Source: Chloroflexota bacterium
GTDB taxonomy: Bacteria; Chloroflexota; Dehalococcoidia; UBA2979
Direction: 5' to 3'
Assembly (NCBI GenBank): GCA_027593235.1
Contig: JAQCIU010000004.1
Coordinates: 1-64,000, forward strand
Length of the DNA: 64,000 nt
The notes under the pieces are model-generated. The model was given only the letters and a program-made list of their open reading frames with translations. It searched no databases and had not been told where the DNA came from. A program made the position numbers and the translations under genes. Positions 9,336-19,367 of the stretch are shown in pieces. Each line of letters begins with the position of its first letter. Position 1 is the first letter of the stretch.

Positions 9336-10142
9336 CTAGGTACCGGTGAAGTGTGGCGGCCGCTTCTCTGCGAAGCTCAACCGCGACTCCTTCGCGTCGT
9401 TGGGCGAGAGGCCAGAGAAGCGGAGTCCGGAAGTCTCGTTGCGCAACGCCTCGGACAGATCGTCGGCCTGGAGGTTGCGCTGCACGGTGCGCTTCGCGGA
9501 GCGCATCGCGAGCGGCGGCCAAACCGCGATCTCGTTCGCCAGCTTGAGCGCCTCGTCCATGAGCTGGTCGGGATCGGTGACGAGGCGGTTGAGCAGGCCG
9601 AGTTCGTAGGCCTCCTCACCGAGGATCGCGCGGCTGGTGAAGATCAGATCGACGGCTCGCGAGTACCCGACGATCCGCGGCAGGAAGAAGCTCATCCCGG
9701 AGTCGGGCGAGAGGTTCCGCTCGATGAAGACGGTCTTGAAGCGGGACTGCGGTGTCCCGACTCGCAGATCGCAGGCGAGCGCCAACGACATCCCCGCTCC
9801 GACCGCGACGCCGTTGACGGCGGCGATCGTCGGCTTCTCCAGCCCGTAGACGGCCATGGCCTGACGCCCGACCCAGCCGTACTCGTCCAATCGCTCGTCT
9901 TGCGGCGGCACGGCGTCCGGATCGGTCGTCCGACCGCTGGTCAGGTCTGCTCCGGCGGAGAACCCACGGCCCTCGCCAGTGATGATCAGCGCGCGAATGC
10001 TGTCGTCGGAGCCGACCTCGGCGCAGACCGCCTCGATCTCGTCGTGCAAGACGGCGCCGAGCGCGTTGAGTTTCTCCGGGCGCCGCAGCGTCATGATCGC
10101 GATGCTTCCGTCACGCTCGAGCGTGAGGTCCTGGTAGGTCAC
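9336..10142 (-). CDS. Enoyl-CoA hydratase/isomerase family protein
   Basis: RPEKLNAL, FSAGADL, IAAVNGVAVGAG, EKRPPHFTG. Confidence 0.93.
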   Translation of the reverse strand: MTYQDLTLERDGSIAIMTLRRPEKLNALGAVLHDEIEAVCAEVGSDDSIRALIITGEGRGFSAGADLTSGRTTDPDAVPPQDERLDEYGWVGRQAMAVYGLEKPTIAAVNGVAVGAGMSLALACDLRVGTPQSRFKTVFIERNLSPDSGMSFFLPRIVGYSRAVDLIFTSRAILGEEAYELGLLNRLVTDPDQLMDEALKLANEIAVWPPLAMRSAKRTVQRNLQADDLSEALRNETSGLRFSGLSPNDAKESRLSFAEKRPPHFTGT

Positions 10143-10239
10143 GGGTTGCTCCTCGACATAGACTTCAGAAACACATAGTGCCGGAGATCACGGGCTTGCG
10201 ACTACGATCGCGACCGAAGAGTACGTGGGGAGACCTCGG

Positions 10240-10458
10240 ATGTGTCGATCAATCAAACGGCTGCGGACGTACGACGAACCGGCGAGCGAGCAGGAGTTCG
10301 ACGAAGCGGCATTGCAGTTCGTCCGCAAGATCAGCGGTTTTCGGAAGCCGGCGGCGGCGAATGAGGACGCCTTCAACCGCGCCGTGGAGGAGATCAGCGT
10401 GGTCTCGCAGCGGCTGCTGGCGGAGCTTAAGGTGCCGGCCCGACCAAAGTCGGCGTAG
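10240..10458 (+). CDS. DUF2277 family protein
   Basis: MCRSIKRL..AALQFVRKISGF.KP..AN..AF..AV signature. Confidence 0.85.
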   Translation: MCRSIKRLRTYDEPASEQEFDEAALQFVRKISGFRKPAAANEDAFNRAVEEISVVSQRLLAELKVPARPKSA

Positions 10459-10481
10459 CGCAACGCCCGGCGCGCAGCCGC

Positions 10482-12455
10482 CTATGCCTCGAGGCCAATG
10501 TCGCGGAGGAACGCGTCGTTGCGCGGCTCCCGCCCGAGGAAGTCACGCACGATGTCGGCGGCATCCACGGCGCCGCCCTGCTCGAGGATGATCCGCCGGT
10601 AGTCGGCGCCGGCCGCGAGGCCGTCCTCCTCGAAGCGCTCGAACATGTCGTCGCCGAAGACCTTCGACCAGAGGTAGCCGTAGTAGCCGGCGTCGTAGCC
10701 GAAGAGGTGGCCGAAGCCGGCCTGGAAGTGCGTATCCGTGGGGAACGGGAAGCCGGTGATGCCGTGCAGTTCCTCGGCGATGCGGTCGCTGTCCTTGCCT
10801 TCGCCCGGTCCGTGGTACGCGAGATCGAGGCGCGCGAAGTAGATCTGGCGGAGCCAGTGCAGACCACTGGCGAGGTTGCGGGAGGCGGTCATCCGCTCCA
10901 GCAGCTCGGCCGGGAGCGCGTCCTGCGTTTCGACGTGGCGCGCAAACCGCGCGAGGACCGCTGGATCGAAGATCCAGTGCTCCAACATTTGCGACGGCGC
11001 CTCGACAAAGTCGCGCTCCACCGAGGTGCCGGAGAAGCGCGAGTAGCGGGCGCGGGTCAGCGTCTGGTGGAGGATGTGGCCGAACTCGTGGAAGAGCGTC
11101 TTCACCTCGCTGTGACGCAGCAGGGAGGGCGACGTGGCCGTCGGCTTGGTGAAGTTGGCGACGATCGCGCTGACCGGCGACTGGTAGCTGCCGTCCTCGA
11201 GCCTCCGACCGGGCCGCAAGGTGAAGGCCGCCGCGTGGCCGTACTTGTCGGGCCGTGGGTGCAGGTCCATGTAGGCGTGCGAGATGTGCTCGCCGCTCGC
11301 GGCATCCTCGATCGCGTAGAGGCGAACATCGGGGTGCCAGGCGTGGGTGTCCTCGATGCGGGTGAAGCGGACGCCGACGAGGGCGGCGTAGACATCGAGC
11401 ATGCCGGTGAGGGTCGCTTCGAGCGGGAAGTAGGAGGCGACCGCGAACTGATCGACCTCGTGCTGTTCGCGCAGAATCCGCTGCTGGTAATAGCGCCAGT
11501 CCCAGATCTCCAGGCGGGCATTCGGATCGTCGAGGTGTGCGCGCTTGGCGGCGGTCAGTTCCGCGATGTCGGCTTCCGCCTTCACCTTCACCCGCTGCTC
11601 GAGGTCCTCGAGGAACTCGAGCGCGGCGGCGGTGCGTCCGGCCATGCGGATCTCGAGGATGTAGTCCGCCCACGAGGGGTAGCCGAGGAGGCGCGCGGCC
11701 TCGCCGCGCGCGGCGAGCGCCTGATCGAGCAGCGGAAGGTTGGGTGCGGCGGCCTTGTTGTGGTTGAGGAGGAACAGCTCGCGGCGGAGCGACTCGTCGT
11801 CGGCCGCTTCCAGGAACGGGTACATCTCCGGGTAGTCGAGCGAGATGCGGTAGCGGGCGCCCTCCGCGGTGTCTTCTTCGCGCAGGCCCTCGATGTAGGA
11901 GTCTGGCAGGCCGGCAAGCTGATCGGGGGTCAGCAGCAGCGCGTCGTCGGACTCGTCGATGTTGCGACGGAAGCGGACACCGAGGTCGACGAGTTGCTGC
12001 TTCAGCTCCTCGACGCGGGCGCGGGCGGGCGGCTCGAGGTCGAAGCCGTTGCGACGGAAGTCACGGAGCGTGAACTCGAGCAGCCGCGCGGCGTCGCGAT
12101 CGAGGCTGTCCGTCGCCGTCGCATCGGCGACCGTGCGGACTGCGGCGTACAGGTCCTGGCGGAAGCCGAGCGCCGTTGCGAAGGCGTCGAGTTCCTGCTG
12201 GAAGACGAGCGCGGCGTCTCGCACGTCCTTCGCGGGTGCGACCTGCGCGAGGAATGCGTAGCGACCGCTCGTCTGACCGAGCCGGTTCTGTAGTTCGTCG
12301 AGCGCCTCGAGGGTGTTCGCGAAGGTCCGATCCGCGTCCGCGATCGCGACCAGCGTGTCGACCGCCCTCGATATCTCGGCAAGCGCGGCGGATCCACGGA
12401 GTCGAATGTCCTCGGCGGTAACGGAGGCGTAGTCGAAGGGCGCGGGCAGGGGCAC
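10482..12455 (-). CDS. M3 family Zn metallopeptidase (thimet oligopeptidase-like)
   Basis: TLFHEFGH, DFVEAPSQMLE, GYDAGYYGYLWS. Confidence 0.95.
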   Translation of the reverse strand: MPLPAPFDYASVTAEDIRLRGSAALAEISRAVDTLVAIADADRTFANTLEALDELQNRLGQTSGRYAFLAQVAPAKDVRDAALVFQQELDAFATALGFRQDLYAAVRTVADATATDSLDRDAARLLEFTLRDFRRNGFDLEPPARARVEELKQQLVDLGVRFRRNIDESDDALLLTPDQLAGLPDSYIEGLREEDTAEGARYRISLDYPEMYPFLEAADDESLRRELFLLNHNKAAAPNLPLLDQALAARGEAARLLGYPSWADYILEIRMAGRTAAALEFLEDLEQRVKVKAEADIAELTAAKRAHLDDPNARLEIWDWRYYQQRILREQHEVDQFAVASYFPLEATLTGMLDVYAALVGVRFTRIEDTHAWHPDVRLYAIEDAASGEHISHAYMDLHPRPDKYGHAAAFTLRPGRRLEDGSYQSPVSAIVANFTKPTATSPSLLRHSEVKTLFHEFGHILHQTLTRARYSRFSGTSVERDFVEAPSQMLEHWIFDPAVLARFARHVETQDALPAELLERMTASRNLASGLHWLRQIYFARLDLAYHGPGEGKDSDRIAEELHGITGFPFPTDTHFQAGFGHLFGYDAGYYGYLWSKVFGDDMFERFEEDGLAAGADYRRIILEQGGAVDAADIVRDFLGREPRNDAFLRDIGLEA

Positions 12456-12469
12456 GTGGTGACCGGCGC

Positions 12470-13090
12470 TTAGACGGCGCGCAGGCTGTCGAGGAGGCGA
12501 TCGACGTCGCAACCGACCTCGAGGCGTGCGGCGGCTACATCGGCGGCATCGGCGATCACCTGGGAGGCCTCGCTGACCACGCCGAGCATCAGGTGCGCCA
12601 GGGTGTCGGGGTCGCCCGCGATCAGTAGGCCCTCGTCACGTGCGGCAACCATCGCGCCCTTCAAGAGGCCCAGCGCGTACTCGGAGTCGATCTCGCGCCA
12701 GCGCTGCCAGCCGAAGACCGCCTGAGCCTCGACGAGCACGATCCGCTGCACGGTCGGCTCCATCGAGTGGTCGAGATACTCGTGGACACCACGTCGGATC
12801 CGCTCCCAGGTACCAGCGGTGGAATCCGCCCGCGCCGCAGCAACAATCCGATCACGGAGATCGTTCTGGAGGTTGGTGTAGACGGCCTCGAAGAGGTCCT
12901 GCTTGTCGACGAAGTGGTGGTAGAGCGCGCCACGGGTGACACCGGCGGCCTGGACGATCTCCTCGGTGCCGGTGGCGGCGTAACCGCGCTCGGCGAAGAG
13001 CGAATGGGCCGCCTCGATCAGTGCGGCACAGGTTCGGGCGGACTGATCTTCCTTCGACCCGCGGGCGACGACCGCTTCCTCGATGATCAA
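12470..13090 (-). CDS. TetR/AcrR family transcriptional regulator
   Basis: LFAERGY..T..EEIV..AGVTRGALYHHF.DK HTH. Confidence 0.92.
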   Translation of the reverse strand: MIIEEAVVARGSKEDQSARTCAALIEAAHSLFAERGYAATGTEEIVQAAGVTRGALYHHFVDKQDLFEAVYTNLQNDLRDRIVAAARADSTAGTWERIRRGVHEYLDHSMEPTVQRIVLVEAQAVFGWQRWREIDSEYALGLLKGAMVAARDEGLLIAGDPDTLAHLMLGVVSEASQVIADAADVAAARLEVGCDVDRLLDSLRAV

Positions 13091-13189
13091 CCGGTGCTCC
13101 GTTCCACGGCTGCCAGCGGATCGCCGTCCAGCGCCGTTCTGATTCTCTCACAGGCATCCGAAGGAGCCCGCCGCAACGCACACTTCCCC

Positions 13190-13561
13190 TTATGTATCGC
13201 TGTCGCTGCCCTCACAGGGGTGAACGGGCTCGGGCAGCCACTCCTCGGCCCAGGCCGAGATCGAATTGATCACCGGCGCAAGCGCGTGCCCTTTGTCGGT
13301 GAGCTGATACTCAATGCGGACGGGGGTTTCCGGATGGACCGTGCGGAGGATCACGTCCTCCGACTCGAGCTCCTTGAGCCGTTCCGAGAGGAGCCGATCA
13401 CTGAGACCGGGCACGGTGGCGGCGATCTCGCTGAAGCGGGTCGCGCCACTGAGCATCGCGCGGAGGATCGCGCCGGACCAGCGCCGCCCGATCAGTTCCA
13501 CCGCGTGGTGGAATCGCGGGCAGAACGCGTCCAATTGCTCGCGTCTCACTTCGGATGCCAT
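13190..13561 (-). CDS. HxlR family winged-helix regulator
   Basis: CP..ELIGRRW, RFSEI, LSERLKELE, PVRIEYQLT.KG. Confidence 0.92.
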   Translation of the reverse strand: MASEVRREQLDAFCPRFHHAVELIGRRWSGAILRAMLSGATRFSEIAATVPGLSDRLLSERLKELESEDVILRTVHPETPVRIEYQLTDKGHALAPVINSISAWAEEWLPEPVHPCEGSDSDT

Positions 13562-13649
13562 CGACGCATCTTAGCGCGCGTCCGCACGCTCGGTCGCCTC
13601 GCGCGGGGCCGTACAATCAGGCCAATTCAAGGATCGCGAGGGGAGTCCG

Positions 13650-14636
13650 ATGCAGGCGGTTCACTGTCAGGAGCTGTCCGGCGTCGATGGCTTGCGGCTC
13701 GTCGAGGTCGATCCGCCGGCCCTCGAGGCAGGCGGGGTGCTGATCGATGTGCACGCGACGGGCGTGAACTTCGCGGACACGCTGATCACCCGCGGTGAGT
13801 ACCAGGAACAGCCGCCGCTGCCATTCGCACCGGGAATGGAGGTCGCCGGCACCGTCCGGGAAGCGGCGATCTACGTGAGCAACGTCGCGCCGGGCGACCG
13901 GGTGCTGGCACTCCTCGATCACGGGGGCTACGCCGAGATCGCCGCCGCGCACGAGGCCGACGTGATCCGGATCCCGGACGCGATGGACTTCGCTACCGCG
14001 GCAACCTTCCCCGTCGTGTACCTGACCTCGCACCTCGCGCTCCAACATCGCGCGCGCCTCCAGCGTGGCGAAGTGCTGCTGGTTCATGGCGCGTCGGGCG
14101 GGGTCGGCCTGACCGCCGTCGAGGTGGGCAAAGCCCTCGGCGCGACGGTGATCGCCTCGGCCAGTTCGCCCGAGAAGCTTGAGGTCGCGCGGGCACATGG
14201 GGCGGATCACCTCATCAACTACGCCGAAGAGGACATTCGCGATCGCGTGCTCGAGCTGACCGGCGGCGCGGACGTGGTCTACGACCCCGTCGGCGGCGAC
14301 GCGTTCCGCGCATCGCTGCGCTGCATCAATCCCGGCGGCCGGATCCTCGTGATCGGCTTCGCCAGCGGCGACGTGCCGCAGATTCCGGCGAACCACCTGC
14401 TCGTGAAGGATGCCGCCGCGCTCGGGCTGAGCCTCGGTCAGATCCGGAAGCACCAGCCGCAGTTGATCCGCGAGTCCTTGCGCGAACTCCTCGACTGGTG
14501 GGAGCGCGGCAGGCTGAAGCCGCTTGTCTCCGAGAGCTACCCACTGGCGAAGTACGAGGAGGCGCTCGCGGCGATCACCGGCCGGCGCGTGACCGGGAAG
14601 ATCGCCCTGGTGCCCTCGGGCGGTCGCGTCAGGTGA
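13650..14636 (+). CDS. NADPH:quinone oxidoreductase family protein (MDR)
   Basis: GVNFAD, PGMEVAG, VHGASGGVG, VVYDPVGG, IGFASG. Confidence 0.93.
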   Translation: MQAVHCQELSGVDGLRLVEVDPPALEAGGVLIDVHATGVNFADTLITRGEYQEQPPLPFAPGMEVAGTVREAAIYVSNVAPGDRVLALLDHGGYAEIAAAHEADVIRIPDAMDFATAATFPVVYLTSHLALQHRARLQRGEVLLVHGASGGVGLTAVEVGKALGATVIASASSPEKLEVARAHGADHLINYAEEDIRDRVLELTGGADVVYDPVGGDAFRASLRCINPGGRILVIGFASGDVPQIPANHLLVKDAAALGLSLGQIRKHQPQLIRESLRELLDWWERGRLKPLVSESYPLAKYEEALAAITGRRVTGKIALVPSGGRVR

Positions 14637-15568
14637 GTCGAGTCGCGGTGATCGGCGCCGGCGCGGTCGGCTGCTACTACGGCGCACGTCTCGCCGAGGC
14701 AGGGCACGATGTGCACTTCCTGCTGCGGAGCGACTACGACGCCGTCGCCGCGGGCGGTCTCCACATCGAAAGCGTCGACGGCGCGATCGACCTCGATACC
14801 CCGTCGATCGCGAGGAGCAGCGCGGAGATCGGACCCGTCGACTGGGTGCTCTGCGCGCTCAAAGCGACGGCGATGGACGCGGCTCGTGACCTCGTCGCGC
14901 CGTGCGTCGGCCCCGAGACTCGCATCCTGGCGCTGATGAACGGGCTGGGAATCGAGGAGCAGTTCGCCACATGGTTCCCCGACACGCCGGTTTTCGGCGG
15001 GCTCGCCTTCACCTGCATCAATCGCGGCGCGCCCGGGCACATCCAGCACATCGACTACGGCCCGGTGACCCTCGGTCATCTTGGGGACGATGCCGCCGAG
15101 ATCGGCCGCGCCCTCGACCTCTGGTCTGCCGCGAAGGTCGAGGTGCCGACCGCACCGTCCCTGCTGGCGGCGCGCTGGCAGAAGCTGTGCTGGAACGTGC
15201 CGTTCAACGGGCTCACCGTCACCTGCGGCGGTGTGACCACCGATGTCGTCATGGGCGACCGGGAACTGCGCGCCAGCGCCGAGCGCCTGATGCGCGAACT
15301 GTGCGCGGCTGGCAACGCCGACCTCGAGGTCCATGGCGTCGCCGCCCGCCTCGATGCTGACGCCGTCGTCGAAAGCATGATGACCCGCACCGATGCGATG
15401 GCGGCCTACCGCCCGAGCACGATGATCGACTTCCTCGAGGGCCGCGAGATGGAGATCGACGCGATCTTCGAAGCGCCGCTGCGACGGGCCTCGGAACTGG
15501 GCGTGCCGACGCCGTTGCTCGCGATGATCGCGGGGCAGATGCTGGTACTCGGGCGGCCTCGGAAGTAG
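14633..15568 (+). CDS. panE: 2-dehydropantoate 2-reductase (ketopantoate reductase) family
   Basis: IGAGAVG, NGLG.EE, WQKL.WN.PFN, PSTMID..GR.ME; GTGA overlap with upstream gene. Confidence 0.85.
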   Translation: MSRVAVIGAGAVGCYYGARLAEAGHDVHFLLRSDYDAVAAGGLHIESVDGAIDLDTPSIARSSAEIGPVDWVLCALKATAMDAARDLVAPCVGPETRILALMNGLGIEEQFATWFPDTPVFGGLAFTCINRGAPGHIQHIDYGPVTLGHLGDDAAEIGRALDLWSAAKVEVPTAPSLLAARWQKLCWNVPFNGLTVTCGGVTTDVVMGDRELRASAERLMRELCAAGNADLEVHGVAARLDADAVVESMMTRTDAMAAYRPSTMIDFLEGREMEIDAIFEAPLRRASELGVPTPLLAMIAGQMLVLGRPRK

Positions 15569-15645
15569 CCGACCGACGGGGTCGCGGCGCCGTGCCGGGC
15601 GTATAGTACGCGAATCGATAGCGACTCTCGCGAACGGAACGTCCC

Positions 15646-16962
15646 TTGGCCGAGCTTCAGGAACGAGGCACCGACGCTGATCCGGCGGTCGCCGCAGGGC
15701 GTATCGGGCGCTTCAAGCAGTCGCCCCTCGGGCAGACGCTGGCGATCCGGTCGTTCCAGCTCTACTGGACGTCGACGTTCTTCTATTTCCTGGCCTTCGG
15801 CACCCAGCGCTTCGTCTTCGTCTGGCTGGTGCTCGAACTCTCGGACAACAGTCTCCTCGCGGGTGTGACCAGCTTTGCGCTCGGAATCCCCGCGTTCTTC
15901 ATCACTCTCCCCGCCGGGGCGTACGCCGACCGGCTGGACCGCAAGAAGATGGTTGTCTGGACCAACGTCGCGGGTGGGCTCGTATCGCTCATGATCGCAG
16001 CGTTGATCTGGACCGATGTGATCACGGTCTGGCTCGCGATCGTGATGGCACTCGCCACGGGCGTCACGACGGCGGCGACGCAACCACCACTGATGGCGAT
16101 GGTTCCCACGCTGGTCCCACGAGAGCGACTGATGAACGGGATCGTGCTGCGCACGATGGGGCAGAACCTCGCGATGGTGCTGGGCGCCTCGGTCGGCGGC
16201 ATCGTGATCGATGTCTGGGACATCGGCGGATCGTTCGCGATCCTGACGGTCGCGTACCTCCTCAGCACGCTGACGATGATGCGCCTCAGATCGCAGCCAG
16301 CCGCTCCGGCGGTCTCACGCGGCCCCGCCTCCGCGAACGGCGCGACCGAGCGGCCGCCGCTCATGACCTCGGTGCGGGAGGGGCTGACCTTCATCTATCG
16401 GAACCCCGGGCTGCTCGGGCTGATCGTGCTGTTGGCGACGCTTGGCTTCGTGATGCTCGGGCCGGTCTTCGTACTCGTACCGGAGATCGCCAGAGAGGAT
16501 CTGGGACAGAGCGCGACCGGCGCCTCAATCCTGTTCGCGATCACCAGCGCGGGGATGCTCGTCATGTCCGTCGTGCTCGCCTCGATGAGCAACCTGCGGC
16601 ACAAGGGTGCGCTGTTGCTGATCACGCTGGCGATCGGCGGCGCCGTGGTCATCGGAATCGGGGCATCGCAGTGGTACGTGGTCACGGCGGTGATGATGTT
16701 CCTCTGGGGCCTGGGCGGCGAGGTCATGGTGAACCTGAACCAGACACTCGCGCAGACACATACCCCGGACGAGATGATGGGCCGCGTGATGAGCGTGGTA
16801 ACGCTGGCGATTGCGGGAATGATGCCGCTGGGCATGCTCGTGGCCGGTGGCGCATCGGTGCTGATCGGGGCCGGCGAGTGGCTGATGGTCTGTGGCACGG
16901 CGCTGATTGTGATCGGCGGCGTGCTCTGGGTCCGGCTCCCCGCACTCCGCGAGATGGAGTGA
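15646..16962 (+). CDS. MFS transporter
   Basis: About 12 hydrophobic segments, GAYADRLDRK, PDEMMGRV. Confidence 0.92.
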   Translation: MAELQERGTDADPAVAAGRIGRFKQSPLGQTLAIRSFQLYWTSTFFYFLAFGTQRFVFVWLVLELSDNSLLAGVTSFALGIPAFFITLPAGAYADRLDRKKMVVWTNVAGGLVSLMIAALIWTDVITVWLAIVMALATGVTTAATQPPLMAMVPTLVPRERLMNGIVLRTMGQNLAMVLGASVGGIVIDVWDIGGSFAILTVAYLLSTLTMMRLRSQPAAPAVSRGPASANGATERPPLMTSVREGLTFIYRNPGLLGLIVLLATLGFVMLGPVFVLVPEIAREDLGQSATGASILFAITSAGMLVMSVVLASMSNLRHKGALLLITLAIGGAVVIGIGASQWYVVTAVMMFLWGLGGEVMVNLNQTLAQTHTPDEMMGRVMSVVTLAIAGMMPLGMLVAGGASVLIGAGEWLMVCGTALIVIGGVLWVRLPALREME

Positions 16963-17053
16963 CCTCGAGGGCATCGATCCCGCCCGGAGGCGGAGTCTGC
17001 CCCGGCGATCCGGTAGTCTGCGCACGAACGACGACACAACGAGGAGCAGGGCG

Positions 17054-17995
17054 ATGGCGAAGCCGCATTTTGGTGTGATGATCCCGCAGATCAAGCGGAC
17101 CTGGGAGCAGTCGGAAGCAGCGGCGACGCTCTTCGAGGAACTCGGCTACGACTCGATCTGGGTGAACGACCACCTGTACGGACCGCAGTCCCCCCAGATC
17201 CCGATGCTGGAGGCGTGGTCACTGATCGCCGCCCTGGCGGCGAAGACCGAGCGCGTCGAGATCGGCACGCTGGTCACGCCGGCCGGCATGCGCAACCCGC
17301 AGCACCTGGGTAAGACCATCGCCACCGTCGACCACATCGCCGGCGGGCGGATCATCGCCGGTCTCGGATCCGGCTGGATGCCGGCCGAGTACGAGGACTT
17401 CGGCGTCCCCTTCCCGGAGGCGCCGGCACGAGCGCGCCAGCTCAAGGAGACCGTCACGCTGCTAAAGCAGATGTGGTCCTCCGAGGAGCCCGTCACGATG
17501 CACGGCGAGTTCGTGAACGCCACCAACCTCGTCACGTCGCCACAGCCGCCGCGCCAGGTGCCGATCCTGATCGGCGGCACCGGTAAGCAGGTCACGCTCC
17601 CGCTCGCCGCGCGCGAGGCGTCGATCTGGAACAACCCCGCCGGCTCGCAGGGCCGCCTCGAAGAGAACGTCACCGCCCTCCGCGCCGCGATGGACAAGGT
17701 CGGCCGCAACCCCTCCGAGGTGCGCATCTCGCAGCAATGCCTGGTCGCGATCGCCCCCAACGAGGCCGAAGCCGGCCCGATGATTGAGCTCGCGAAGAAG
17801 ATCTTCGGCGGCCACATGGGCGACCCCACCGGCCCGCTCGCGATCGTCGGCACCCCCGACCGCATCGTCGAGCAGATCGGGAAGCACATGGACCTCGGCT
17901 GCACGATGTTCATGATCGAATTCTTCGGCACCGACACCCGCGGCCCGGCGCAGATGTTCGCTGAGACGGTGCTTCCGCAGTTCGCGGACAACTAG
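17054..17995 (+). CDS. LLM class oxidoreductase, possibly F420-dependent
   Basis: GYDSIWVNDH, LAAKTERVEIGTLV, ATVDHIAGGR..GLGSGW, PILIGG. Confidence 0.9.
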   Translation: MAKPHFGVMIPQIKRTWEQSEAAATLFEELGYDSIWVNDHLYGPQSPQIPMLEAWSLIAALAAKTERVEIGTLVTPAGMRNPQHLGKTIATVDHIAGGRIIAGLGSGWMPAEYEDFGVPFPEAPARARQLKETVTLLKQMWSSEEPVTMHGEFVNATNLVTSPQPPRQVPILIGGTGKQVTLPLAAREASIWNNPAGSQGRLEENVTALRAAMDKVGRNPSEVRISQQCLVAIAPNEAEAGPMIELAKKIFGGHMGDPTGPLAIVGTPDRIVEQIGKHMDLGCTMFMIEFFGTDTRGPAQMFAETVLPQFADN

Positions 17996-17996
17996 C

Positions 17997-18779
17997 GTGG
18001 CCGATGAGGTCATCTGGGAGCAGAACGGCCACGTCGCGACCATCCGCCTCAACCGTCCCGAGGCGCTGAACGCGATGAACAGCGCGGTACGGGACGGCCT
18101 GATGGCCGCCCTGCACCGCGTCCGCGACGACGACTCGGTGCGCTCGGCGGTGCTGACCGGCACCGGCCGCGCGTTCTCCGCCGGCGCCGACCTGAAGGAA
18201 CGCGCCCGAGGTGACAGCGACCGCAGCGGTGGCCCGGAGACGGTGCTACACGGACTGCCGCAGGCGTTCTACACCTTCGACCCAGGCAAGCCGATCATCG
18301 CCGCAATCAACGGGCTGGCGCTTGGCGGCGGCCTCGAGCTGACGCTGGCCTGCGATATCCGCATCGCCGTGAACACTGCGATGCTCGGCACTCCCGAGAT
18401 CACCCGTGGATTCTTCCCCGGCGGCGGTGCGCCGCTGCGGTTGCCGCGCCTGATCCCGAGGTCGATGGCGATGGAGATGCTGCTCACCGGCGATCCGATC
18501 GACGCGGCGACGGCGCTCCAATGGGGCCTCGTGAGCCGCGTCGTCACGGCGGATGAGTTGATGCCGACCGCGCTGAAGCTCGCCGGACGGATCGCGGAAC
18601 ACGCCCCGCTCGCCGTGCGCGCGAACCGCGAGCTGGCGTACGCGACCGACGACATGACGATGGAGCAGGTGCTCCGCATGTCCTCGTTGTCCCGCTGGGT
18701 CGTGGGACAGACCGAGGACGCCGCGGAAGGTCCGAGGGCGTTCGTAGAAAAGCGGGCGCCCGAATACCACGGACGCTAG
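17997..18779 (+). CDS. Enoyl-CoA hydratase/isomerase family protein
   Basis: LNRPEALNA, FSAGADL, GGGLEL, PEITRG, EKRAPEY.GR. Confidence 0.93.
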   Translation: MADEVIWEQNGHVATIRLNRPEALNAMNSAVRDGLMAALHRVRDDDSVRSAVLTGTGRAFSAGADLKERARGDSDRSGGPETVLHGLPQAFYTFDPGKPIIAAINGLALGGGLELTLACDIRIAVNTAMLGTPEITRGFFPGGGAPLRLPRLIPRSMAMEMLLTGDPIDAATALQWGLVSRVVTADELMPTALKLAGRIAEHAPLAVRANRELAYATDDMTMEQVLRMSSLSRWVVGQTEDAAEGPRAFVEKRAPEYHGR

Positions 18780-18871
18780 CGGGTCTTCGACCCTCCTCGA
18801 CGCTTCGCGGTCGCTTCAGATCACCTCGGTCGCCGTTAGCGACGACCGCGACAGAACGGTGGCGATCGGAG

Positions 18872-19342
18872 CTAGAAGTCTTTCCACATCGTGACGCGGG
18901 GTAACGAGGGCTGCACGCCATAGGCAGTCATGCGTTCCGGGCGGGTGTACCGCCGCACCGTGTGGTACCCGAGCGACTCGAACAGACCGATCGCCGGCAC
19001 GTCGTCGGCGGTCCCGCCCGCCTGCATCCCGACGAGACCGCGCTCCCGGTAGTGCGCCTCTGTGACCGCCATGAGCTGGCGCGCCAGGCCTTGGCGGCGG
19101 AACCGCCCGTCGATCAGGAGATTGTCCTCGAACCCGCGGAAGGCACCTGTGTGATCCGGTTGCACGCGCAAGAGCGCACCGCCGGCCAGTTCGCCTTCGG
19201 ACTCGGCCAGCCACAGGTCCCACTCGCCCTCGTCGACCACTAGACGTGGATGAATCGACGGCTCGCCGTTCGGCTCGAAGAGCGCGAGGAACGCGGCCAC
19301 ATCGTCCGGGTCTTCCGTCTTGCGGAACGTGAAGGCTGTCAT
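18872..19342 (-). CDS. GNAT family N-acetyltransferase
   Basis: FRRQGLARQLM acetyl-CoA motif, AIGLFESLGY. Confidence 0.85.
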   Translation of the reverse strand: MTAFTFRKTEDPDDVAAFLALFEPNGEPSIHPRLVVDEGEWDLWLAESEGELAGGALLRVQPDHTGAFRGFEDNLLIDGRFRRQGLARQLMAVTEAHYRERGLVGMQAGGTADDVPAIGLFESLGYHTVRRYTRPERMTAYGVQPSLPRVTMWKDF

Positions 19343-19367
19343 CACGCCCCCCTTCTCTATCCGGATT